Shown here: piece after piece, positions 1 to 10,437 of the stretch
Position numbering within the stretch: the stretch's first letter is position 1
Layout: the number at the start of each line of letters is the position of its first letter
From: Blastocladiella emersonii ATCC 22665
Lineage: Eukaryota; Fungi; Blastocladiomycota
Assembly: GCA_025594325.1 (NCBI GenBank)
Contig: JANHCV010000011.1
Span: 1,240,001-1,304,000 of the forward strand
Direction of reading: 5' to 3'
DNA length: 64,000 nucleotides
Notes under the pieces: model-generated
Databases searched by the model: none
What the model was told of the DNA's origin: nothing
The model's input: the letters and a program-made list of their open reading frames with translations, nothing else
Program-made: the position numbers and the translations under genes

Positions 1-3000
1 GGTCCTTGGTCTTCTCGGGCTTTGGCAACCCGAGGCGAGGCGGATGGATGGTGGGCCGACTGCAACGCGAACGACGACGGACAGCTTGAGTTGAGCGTGG
101 CCGACCGAGGCGGAACGCGGCGAGCGGCGGCGACGGCGACACGATGCGATGCGGAAGGACGAGCGGGCGTGTGCTGGTGGTTGCAGTCGAACCTGGCCGC
201 CGAGGCCGAGACCGAGACGAGCCGTTGTGCCCGCCATGATCTCGTTGACGGCACTCGCGCACGCTTAATCTTCTTGAAGGCAAAGGCCGCCGCCGAGCGA
301 CTCGACGATGCGGTACGACAGCATGACCTTGTTGGGTACACGCGCGCTGCGGTACCTTGGTGGATCAAGCTACGCGAAAGTGAGTGTGAGTTTCTTTTAA
401 TAGCGACGACAGAAAGGGCGGGACGCGGTACCTTGAACGGGCCGCGAAGCACTGCCATGGCCTCGGCCTGACTTGGGTGCTGCATGACGTGAAGCTGTCG
501 GCAGCCCGAGCAAGTGAACAGGTCGCTGAGCGCGCGCGTGGTCTTGAACTCGACGAGGATGCACGCACGCGCGGATGACAATGTCGAAGAAGATGATCTA
601 CACGCGCGGCAGGCGAGGGTCTCGAGGTGAGCCACGCGGTGGGGACCAGTCAAGAGTCGCGGGCATCGGTGCCGCGCCGTACCTGCTGCTGCTGATACTT
701 GTGAGGACCTGCGCTTGGGCTTGAACACACGGGTGCACCAGTGCAGAGCGGGCGATGCATTCCCAAAAGCTGCACAAGCGTTGATGTGGTGGGCGACCAC
801 CGCCGCCGGACGCTGCGAGGGGTCAATGGGCCGTTGCACAGTCACGTACTCTTTGCGCCGCCACTCGATTCGCCGCCCTTCGTTAGCCCCCTCCGCACGG
901 CCGAGCTCCCTTTTGCCTGACCGCGCCACACAGCGGGCCCGCTGCACCATGCGTTCGCAGCGAACGAGCGCATGGTGGGGGAGGTGTGGGCGGTGCTTAC
1001 GGCGGGGGTGCAGGAGCTCGTTTCCCCCGCAGCAAAGAAGGGGCGTGCCGAGGGAGAGGTGCTAGGGCCGGGCGTGTACGCCGGCTCTGCACCAGGACGT
1101 CTATCTACACGCAGGCGAGCGAGCGAGCGAGCGAAGGGGGCGGTCGCGGCCACGGCCACGGCGGGCGACCGCGTTACTGCGCCGTCGTGAGGCGTACCGG
1201 CCACCACGAGCGGACGATCGACGCCGTGGCCACGGTGGACGCCGCGACGACGGCCTTGATGCCGATGGTCAATGAGGAGGAGAATGACGGCGACCGTCAG
1301 CTGACGCGGGTCAAGTCGTCGAGTGCCGCCAATCCGTCTACAGTCAGGCGCGCGCAAGTGAGTGGGCGGAGTGAGTGGGCGGTCGGTGGCTTCTGAATGT
1401 CCGCGCTATGAGCGTACCCTCGTTGATACCGCCGTCACCGATGAGGTAGACCCGCCGGACTCGAACTTGAACAGCGCGCGCGTTGGGATCATGAATGCCG
1501 GCGCTCGTCGGCGCGACATGACGCGGCCCCAGCGAGCGAGCGACGCACGATCTTGGCCTGCTGCAGCTGCAGCTGCAGGTACTGGACTAGGAGAACTACT
1601 CGAACCGCGCTGCGAGCCCGAGTAGTGTCTACACAAGCACAAGCGCAAGGGTGAGTTGTTGGGCTGCGACGCCGGAAGTTCCGATTGTAGTATGTTATCT
1701 TGGTGTGCCGCGATGACATCTGAATTCCGAGTAATCGACGCGGCGCGCGCGCACGTCGTGCACCTGGCATTGTTCAGCCGCGCCGTCGCCGCGTGCTCAC
1801 CACGACCATCGAGCTCTGCGCCGCGACCACACACATGGCACGCGCGAGGGACGCTACGGAATATAGTGCGGGTTCCACCACGTGCCGGACTAAGAAGTGT
1901 TTGAGCCGGGGCTCCCCCAAGCAGTGCGTACTGGGCGTCGTCCCTCGGCGTGTCATGCGAATGGCCGCGGCGCCGCGCGACCCGACGCGGCGAGCGAGCG
2001 GCAGCTGCTGCTGCTGCGACGTGTACCACCCATGGAGAACCGCCGCCCGAGACGTGCGTGACGGACTGACTTCACCGCGTCGCGTAGACGTGGTCCTCGC
2101 CCCTTCTACAACCTCGCCATGCAGGCGCTCTCGGTGCGCCCGCTCAAGGGCATCGCCGCCATCTCGGCCCAACCACGAGGACCGCTCGACGCACTCGTTT
2201 TCTGCGCAGCGACCCTGGTGCACACGATTTGGGCGGCCCGCTGTGGCTCATGGCGCAAGGCCTGCTGACCGAGTCCGTCGTCCAGGACGAGCCTATTCCG
2301 CTGCGGGTCATCGGGTTCATCCCGTTCCCGCACCCGCTTCCGCTCACGGGCTCGGCCAGGTCCAGGTCTAGGTCCTCGCCCGCGAGCGCGACGGCGTCTA
2401 TGCGCTCGCATGCCCCGCCTACCCGGCCAAGGTGAACTCGCTGCTCCTGCTGCTGCGAGGCAAAAAGCCGGCAGCGGTGAGTCTCGCGTCTTCAATGCTG
2501 CCCGCCAAGGAGACGCGTGCCGTCCTCACGCAGGTCGCGTTTCTTCATGCTCGACGCGTGCCAGTGGGACGACGCACTCGCGCCGCTCAAGGAGGTCCAC
2601 CTCGGGCCGAAGTACCTGATGCACATGGCCGACCCAGACCATCCGCGGTACGGGCACGAGAACAAGGAGATGGGCATGTTCCTCGCCGAGGCCAAGACGG
2701 TCGAGTCGTGTGGGGCTATCGGTACGGTTTCTTTCGCCCATCGATCTCAGAGCGGATTCTCACGCACGTCCGCTCACTCTAGTCAACCTCGCCATGCACA
2801 AGCTTTGCGGCGGCAAGCTCTCCTTGCTTGACCCGGCCTCCGTCGCGGCGCATCGCGTCGCTCCGTGCTTCGCTGGACACCTGCGTCGACCGCCGGTTCC
2901 TGCTCACGTACCTCGACGCGTGGCGGTCCACGTCCGACGCCGTGAACCCGGCCGTCGAGGTCGTCCGGCTGCACCTGCTGCTGAAGCTGGACCGCGGCGT

Positions 3001-4448
3001 GCGGGGGTTGGTGGCGCAGAGTCGACTCGTGTGCGACCACTTGCAGCCCATTGACGATCTCGACCGGCTCGTTGACGACCTCGCCGCGCGCGGTCACGCG
3101 TTTGCCAAGTCGCTCGTCGCGCAGCGCGCCAGCGACGTGCGCCGCGTACTCGACCTGTGGCAGTCGCTCGTTGACTCGACGCCGCCTTCAACCGCAGCGC
3201 CAGGTAGCGAGCCACACTGGGTCTCGGTCCCCGACATTGCGCAGCTGCTCGCCGACCTCGATTACGCCGCCAGCCATGTGTCCGACATCCAGTGGCTCCT
3301 CGCGCGCGACCGCGCTCTCGCGTCGCACGTCCTGCGCACCTGGATCCCGACGACTGATGAGGCGCGGCTCGCGGAGCTCGGCCACGCCTAGCTCGTTGCG
3401 TACCTCGAGGACTCGAACGGGCCGCGCGAAGTGCTCGTCCGCGCGTACCTCGCCGAGGGCTGGAGCATCGCCAACTGGCTCAATAAGTACCGCGCGGCCA
3501 GTGTCCCGTCTCAAGCCGCGGTCCCCGACTTTCTCGCTGCGCAGCGGCCTGCATCCGAGGTGCGCGGACAGCTGGTCGCCGTCCACGGCGTGCGTGCGCC
3601 GGCTCGTAACATAAGTCGGCGACTTTTGCGTCCGCGCAGCGGGTGTGCGAAACCGAGGAGGTGCCGTTCGAGGTCGTGGTTGACGCGTTCCTCAAGATGG
3701 ACGGGCGGTACGGGTTGTTCCTGGCGCCGCGTCCGACTGATCGCTCACTGTTAACCGGGTTGTAGCGGCACACACTCGAGCTTCTTCGTGTCGTTTGGTC
3801 GCTGTCAGGAACGTGGACATGGTCGACTTTCGCGAGCTCGCCAACGTGCTGCCCGGTGACTGGGCGCTCGAGGGCGCGGCGCCGCTGCTCATGTACGAGA
3901 TCGCGCAGCTCGCGCGCCGGCACCGTTGGAGCACCATGGTCGTCAAGTCGCTCGAGTGCCAGCCAACATGACGGTACGCGGCTCTCACTCGACCTCACAC
4001 TCAGATACGTCGCTAACACCGTGTCACGCGTCAGACCAAGCTCGCCATGCTCGCCGCAGCGCAGCAGCAGCCATCTGCGCCGCGTGCGGGCGCGCCATCG
4101 ACCACACAGACGGACGCGTTTGTCGTGACGCACCACGGTCCTTAGGTCTTCCACGCACCGTGCGCGCCGCGGACCGTCAAGTCTAGCCAAACTTTGCGTT
4201 GAATAGATCACGCTCTTCTCTCATCCTGCGCACGATCCATGGAAGCGGTTTCCGCTCAGCGGGGCCGAGCGATCGATGGGCTCGATTCAACTCAGTCCGT
4301 GCGATGCTTCTTGATAGTTTCAACGATGGCCGGACACAGGACAGGTGGGTCAAGCTCGGCCGGAGAAAGCGGTCAGTGCGTCCGTTGCGTGCACATGTGC
4401 GGGCGCGAATGTGAAAATGTCTCGCACGTCACGCGACCGCGGGACGCG
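1..4448 (+). repeat. Left arm of giant inverted repeat (open-ended at the window start)
   Basis: Position x is the reverse complement of position 9061-x. Every ORF in the track has an identical mirror (e.g. 2828..3391+ / 5670..6233-). 1-10 ggtccttggt pairs with 9051-9060 accaaggacc. The arm ends at ...gaccgcgggacgcg (4448). Confidence 0.97.
2090..3990 (+). pseudogene. Decayed spliced gene of unknown family inside the left arm
   Basis: Protein-like segments (FFMLDACQWDDALAPLKEVHLGPKYL...; LDTCVDRRFLLTYLDAW...ELGHA*LVAYLEDSNG; VPFEVVVDAFLKMDG; VDFRELANVLPGDWALEG) lie in shifting frames. There is a canonical intron at 2722-2782 (gtacgg...gctcac...ctag), an in-frame TAG at 3389-3391 and frameshifts. 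Boundaries are approximate; more relic ORF lies upstream. Confidence 0.55.
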
Positions 4449-4612
4449 AGTTGCGTCGAGTGCACGGATCCAGCATCCCCCGCGTCCCGGCGTGCAAGCC
4501 GAGCGGTGCCTGATACAGGCAACGTGCGAGACGTTGCCAAGACTTGCTGGGTTTTCGTTTTCCGCGCCAGTCGGCTGAAGCAAAAGAAAGAGGAGCACGC
4601 GACGCGCCGGAA
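4449..4612. other. 164-bp unique spacer of the palindrome, containing short hairpins
   Basis: Arm complementarity stops at 4448/4613. The spacer holds tgcctg-ata-caggca (4507-4521), ggcaacgt-gcgag-acgttgcc (4518-4538) and caag-a-cttg (4538-4546). Confidence 0.9.
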
Positions 4613-7600
4613 CGCGTCCCGCGGTCGCGTGACGTGCGAGACATTTTCACATTCGCGCCCGCACATGTGCACGCAACGGACGCACTGACCGCTTTCTCCG
4701 GCCGAGCTTGACCCACCTGTCCTGTGTCCGGCCATCGTTGAAACTATCAAGAAGCATCGCACGGACTGAGTTGAATCGAGCCCATCGATCGCTCGGCCCC
4801 GCTGAGCGGAAACCGCTTCCATGGATCGTGCGCAGGATGAGAGAAGAGCGTGATCTATTCAACGCAAAGTTTGGCTAGACTTGACGGTCCGCGGCGCGCA
4901 CGGTGCGTGGAAGACCTAAGGACCGTGGTGCGTCACGACAAACGCGTCCGTCTGTGTGGTCGATGGCGCGCCCGCACGCGGCGCAGATGGCTGCTGCTGC
5001 GCTGCGGCGAGCATGGCGAGCTTGGTCTGACGCGTGACACGGTGTTAGCGACGTATCTGAGTGTGAGGTCGAGTGAGAGCCGCGTACCGTCATGTTGGCT
5101 GGCACTCGAGCGACTTGACGACCATGGTGCTCCAACGGTGCCGGCGCGCGAGCTGCGCGATCTCGTACATGAGCAGCGGCGCCGCGCCCTCGAGCGCCCA
5201 GTCACCGGGCAGCACGTTGGCGAGCTCGCGAAAGTCGACCATGTCCACGTTCCTGACAGCGACCAAACGACACGAAGAAGCTCGAGTGTGTGCCGCTACA
5301 ACCCGGTTAACAGTGAGCGATCAGTCGGACGCGGCGCCAGGAACAACCCGTACCGCCCGTCCATCTTGAGGAACGCGTCAACCACGACCTCGAACGGCAC
5401 CTCCTCGGTTTCGCACACCCGCTGCGCGGACGCAAAAGTCGCCGACTTATGTTACGAGCCGGCGCACGCACGCCGTGGACGGCGACCAGCTGTCCGCGCA
5501 CCTCGGATGCAGGCCGCTGCGCAGCGAGAAAGTCGGGGACCGCGGCTTGAGACGGGACACTGGCCGCGCGGTACTTATTGAGCCAGTTGGCGATGCTCCA
5601 GCCCTCGGCGAGGTACGCGCGGACGAGCACTTCGCGCGGCCCGTTCGAGTCCTCGAGGTACGCAACGAGCTAGGCGTGGCCGAGCTCCGCGAGCCGCGCC
5701 TCATCAGTCGTCGGGATCCAGGTGCGCAGGACGTGCGACGCGAGAGCGCGGTCGCGCGCGAGGAGCCACTGGATGTCGGACACATGGCTGGCGGCGTAAT
5801 CGAGGTCGGCGAGCAGCTGCGCAATGTCGGGGACCGAGACCCAGTGTGGCTCGCTACCTGGCGCTGCGGTTGAAGGCGGCGTCGAGTCAACGAGCGACTG
5901 CCACAGGTCGAGTACGCGGCGCACGTCGCTGGCGCGCTGCGCGACGAGCGACTTGGCAAACGCGTGACCGCGCGCGGCGAGGTCGTCAACGAGCCGGTCG
6001 AGATCGTCAATGGGCTGCAAGTGGTCGCACACGAGTCGACTCTGCGCCACCAACCCCCGCACGCCGCGGTCCAGCTTCAGCAGCAGGTGCAGCCGGACGA
6101 CCTCGACGGCCGGGTTCACGGCGTCGGACGTGGACCGCCACGCGTCGAGGTACGTGAGCAGGAACCGGCGGTCGACGCAGGTGTCCAGCGAAGCACGGAG
6201 CGACGCGATGCGCCGCGACGGAGGCCGGGTCAAGCAAGGAGAGCTTGCCGCCGCAAAGCTTGTGCATGGCGAGGTTGACTAGAGTGAGCGGACGTGCGTG
6301 AGAATCCGCTCTGAGATCGATGGGCGAAAGAAACCGTACCGATAGCCCCACACGACTCGACCGTCTTGGCCTCGGCGAGGAACATGCCCATCTCCTTGTT
6401 CTCGTGCCCGTACCGCGGATGGTCTGGGTCGGCCATGTGCATCAGGTACTTCGGCCCGAGGTGGACCTCCTTGAGCGGCGCGAGTGCGTCGTCCCACTGG
6501 CACGCGTCGAGCATGAAGAAACGCGACCTGCGTGAGGACGGCACGCGTCTCCTTGGCGGGCAGCATTGAAGACGCGAGACTCACCGCTGCCGGCTTTTTG
6601 CCTCGCAGCAGCAGGAGCAGCGAGTTCACCTTGGCCGGGTAGGCGGGGCATGCGAGCGCATAGACGCCGTCGCGCTCGCGGGCGAGGACCTAGACCTGGA
6701 CCTGGCCGAGCCCGTGAGCGGAAGCGGGTGCGGGAACGGGATGAACCCGATGACCCGCAGCGGAATAGGCTCGTCCTGGACGACGGACTCGGTCAGCAGG
6801 CCTTGCGCCATGAGCCACAGCGGGCCGCCCAAATCGTGTGCACCAGGGTCGCTGCGCAGAAAACGAGTGCGTCGAGCGGTCCTCGTGGTTGGGCCGAGAT
6901 GGCGGCGATGCCCTTGAGCGGGCGCACCGAGAGCGCCTGCATGGCGAGGTTGTAGAAGGGGCGAGGACCACGTCTACGCGACGCGGTGAAGTCAGTCCGT
7001 CACGCACGTCTCGGGCGGCGGTTCTCCATGGGTGGTACACGTCGCAGCAGCAGCAGCTGCCGCTCGCTCGCCGCGTCGGGTCGCGCGGCGCCGCGGCCAT
7101 TCGCATGACACGCCGAGGGACGACGCCCAGTACGCACTGCTTGGGGGAGCCCCGGCTCAAACACTTCTTAGTCCGGCACGTGGTGGAACCCGCACTATAT
7201 TCCGTAGCGTCCCTCGCGCGTGCCATGTGTGTGGTCGCGGCGCAGAGCTCGATGGTCGTGGTGAGCACGCGGCGACGGCGCGGCTGAACAATGCCAGGTG
7301 CACGACGTGCGCGCGCGCCGCGTCGATTACTCGGAATTCAGATGTCATCGCGGCACACCAAGATAACATACTACAATCGGAACTTCCGGCGTCGCAGCCC
7401 AACAACTCACCCTTGCGCTTGTGCTTGTGTAGACACTACTCGGGCTCGCAGCGCGGTTCGAGTAGTTCTCCTAGTCCAGTACCTGCAGCTGCAGCTGCAG
7501 CAGGCCAAGATCGTGCGTCGCTCGCTCGCTGGGGCCGCGTCATGTCGCGCCGACGAGCGCCGGCATTCATGATCCCAACGCGCGCGCTGTTCAAGTTCGA

Positions 7601-9060
7601 GTCCGGCGGGTCTACCTCATCGGTGACGGCGGTATCAACGAGGGTACGCTCATAGCGCGGACATTCAGAAGCCACCGACCGCCCACTCACTCCGCCCACT
7701 CACTTGCGCGCGCCTGACTGTAGACGGATTGGCGGCACTCGACGACTTGACCCGCGTCAGCTGACGGTCGCCGTCATTCTCCTCCTCATTGACCATCGGC
7801 ATCAAGGCCGTCGTCGCGGCGTCCACCGTGGCCACGGCGTCGATCGTCCGCTCGTGGTGGCCGGTACGCCTCACGACGGCGCAGTAACGCGGTCGCCCGC
7901 CGTGGCCGTGGCCGCGACCGCCCCCTTCGCTCGCTCGCTCGCTCGCCTGCGTGTAGATAGACGTCCTGGTGCAGAGCCGGCGTACACGCCCGGCCCTAGC
8001 ACCTCTCCCTCGGCACGCCCCTTCTTTGCTGCGGGGGAAACGAGCTCCTGCACCCCCGCCGTAAGCACCGCCCACACCTCCCCCACCATGCGCTCGTTCG
8101 CTGCGAACGCATGGTGCAGCGGGCCCGCTGTGTGGCGCGGTCAGGCAAAAGGGAGCTCGGCCGTGCGGAGGGGGCTAACGAAGGGCGGCGAATCGAGTGG
8201 CGGCGCAAAGAGTACGTGACTGTGCAACGGCCCATTGACCCCTCGCAGCGTCCGGCGGCGGTGGTCGCCCACCACATCAACGCTTGTGCAGCTTTTGGGA
8301 ATGCATCGCCCGCTCTGCACTGGTGCACCCGTGTGTTCAAGCCCAAGCGCAGGTCCTCACAAGTATCAGCAGCAGCAGGTACGGCGCGGCACCGATGCCC
8401 GCGACTCTTGACTGGTCCCCACCGCGTGGCTCACCTCGAGACCCTCGCCTGCCGCGCGTGTAGATCATCTTCTTCGACATTGTCATCCGCGCGTGCGTGC
8501 ATCCTCGTCGAGTTCAAGACCACGCGCGCGCTCAGCGACCTGTTCACTTGCTCGGGCTGCCGACAGCTTCACGTCATGCAGCACCCAAGTCAGGCCGAGG
8601 CCATGGCAGTGCTTCGCGGCCCGTTCAAGGTACCGCGTCCCGCCCTTTCTGTCGTCGCTATTAAAAGAAACTCACACTCACTTTCGCGTAGCTTGATCCA
8701 CCAAGGTACCGCAGCGCGCGTGTACCCAACAAGGTCATGCTGTCGTACCGCATCGTCGAGTCGCTCGGCGGCGGCCTTTGCCTTCAAGAAGATTAAGCGT
8801 GCGCGAGTGCCGTCAACGAGATCATGGCGGGCACAACGGCTCGTCTCGGTCTCGGCCTCGGCGGCCAGGTTCGACTGCAACCACCAGCACACGCCCGCTC
8901 GTCCTTCCGCATCGCATCGTGTCGCCGTCGCCGCCGCTCGCCGCGTTCCGCCTCGGTCGGCCACGCTCAACTCAAGCTGTCCGTCGTCGTTCGCGTTGCA
9001 GTCGGCCCACCATCCATCCGCCTCGCCTCGGGTTGCCAAAGCCCGAGAAGACCAAGGACC
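4613..9060 (-). repeat. Right arm of giant inverted repeat
   Basis: Starts cgcgtcccgcggtcgcgtgacgtgcgag (4613), the reverse complement of the left-arm end. The mirror continues to 9060, which pairs with position 1. Confidence 0.97.
5071..6971 (-). pseudogene. Mirror copy of the decayed gene in the right arm
   Basis: Identical reverse complement of 2090-3990, including the same stop and frameshifts. Confidence 0.55.
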
Positions 9061-9159
9061 AGCCGGCGCACGACGGGTACCGGCGGTCGCGAGTATGGGA
9101 AGCGTGTTGAACGACGAAAACATTCACCGCGGTCCATCTGTGACCCTCGTTACTTTGTT

Positions 9160-9372
9160 CTTGAACCACATGTCGAACGAGTGGTAGTCGGCGGCGTACC
9201 GTACCCGAGGTCAGCGAGCAGTTGCACAATGAATGTCACGGCGGAACGGGATCCAGCGCGGCTCGCTGCCCGGCGATGCGATGGCAGGCGGCGTCGAGTC
9301 GACGAGCGACTGCCAGAGGTCGGGCACGCAGCGCACGTCGCGGGCGCGCTGCGCGACGAGCGACTCGACAAA
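9160..9372 (-). pseudogene. Diverged fragment of the palindrome-borne gene
   Basis: gcaggcggcgtcgagtcgacgagcgactgccagaggtcgggcacgcagcgcacgtcgcgggcgcgctgcgcgacgagcgact aligns by eye with about 5790-5960 in the same orientation, with many substitutions. Confidence 0.75.
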
Positions 9373-10250
9373 AATGCACAAGTGGACTACAAACTCCGAA
9401 AAAGTGCGACCCCGTAGACTTGATTGAGTGCGGCTGGCTCACGATTACGGACGAACTCGCGCCATCGACCATCACCGCCGGTTTGAGCCGCTCCGATACC
9501 CTGAAGCACTGAAGCACAAACCTGTTGACATTCCCGGGCCGCACGCCAAGTTCTGGCGTATCAACCGGATCCGGTTCGAACGACCGCGCGTGGCTTGGAC
9601 GCAGAATGGGCATTTGGATACGCGATGCGCCACACACGTGATGGGTCACCATGCGCTTCCGCGTGCCATTTCGGGATCGCCAGAATATTTACGTCGCCGC
9701 ACCAACGACCCGGCAGTTGAACCTGGACCGTCTTTGTCAGCCAGGATATTCATATCAGCCCCGGAGAGTCGCAGACGCAGGTGGCCGAGGCTTTTCGTTC
9801 GGCTCCGAGCCCCTGGATGTGGCGCGTGGCTCAGCAGGGCCTGGCCGGATCAGCGGTCCGATCACAGCCCCATGAGGCGGCGCCGCCAAAAAAAGGATCC
9901 TGAGACTTTGATCCGGGCTTCGACTGTTTTCGCAGCATGCGCTCACGGATGCGCCTGGGGCTGGCGCCACGAGAACACAAGCAACGCGACGGCGTATCTG
10001 GTGCTCCCGATGGCACGGATGCTGGTGCCCAGCTCGCCGTACGCGCGGATCCGGAACAATCGACGCGGGCTGCCGTGGCGCTAGAGGGCAATGAGTGGGT
10101 CCGCATGCCCATGAAACGGTGTCGCGTATCAGGCCCGGCATCACGCGTCGTGCTGCGCATGTCATGCGCGTGCAAACGTTTTTGGCCGCGTCCGTTACTG
10201 GACTCGGTACAGAGCACGTCGTCGCTGAAGCGTTTTGTAGGCCGAGGACA

Positions 10251-10317
10251 ATAAAGAGGCCGCGCCGCCCGCCTTCAATCCTGGCAAGCATGTCACATCC
10301 TTAGAGAGCTGGCCTCG
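10251..10317 (+). promoter_or_regulatory. Candidate core promoter shared by the DUF7029-like paralogs
   Basis: ATAAAG at 10251 and TAGAGAGCTGGCCTCG at 10302-10317. The same 16-mer (62325-62340, minus) and ATAAAAG (62391-62397, minus) precede the paralog. Confidence 0.5.
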
Positions 10318-10437
10318 TCCATCCACAGCATCTAGATCGTCCGCCCGGAGCCCACCTGAGTCTTTCAACCCTCCTCGAACCTCCTACACTCCACCACCGC
10401 CTACATCTCTCGCACGCGCTGCTAGACCGTAGAAACC

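Noticed and set aside
1561-1578. (CTGCAG)x3 self-complementary run, mirrored at 7483-7500
   Set aside because: It is a short in-frame poly-Ala/Gln-type repeat with no other support for function.
3389-3391. TAG recoding or read-through as an explanation for in-frame stops
   Set aside because: BIO2, the RFC subunit and the GPCR end at TAG at the expected positions, and the relics also have frameshifts, so pseudogenisation explains it better.
1-9060. Autonomous foldback or TIR transposon, or Polinton/viral terminal repeat
   Set aside because: No transposase, integrase, polymerase or capsid motifs were recognised. The arms contain a spliced cellular-type relic and the spacer is only 164 bp.
9400-10250. 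ORFs 9428..10084+ and 9755..10291- as genes
   Set aside because: No codon bias, recognisable motif or consistent splice model.
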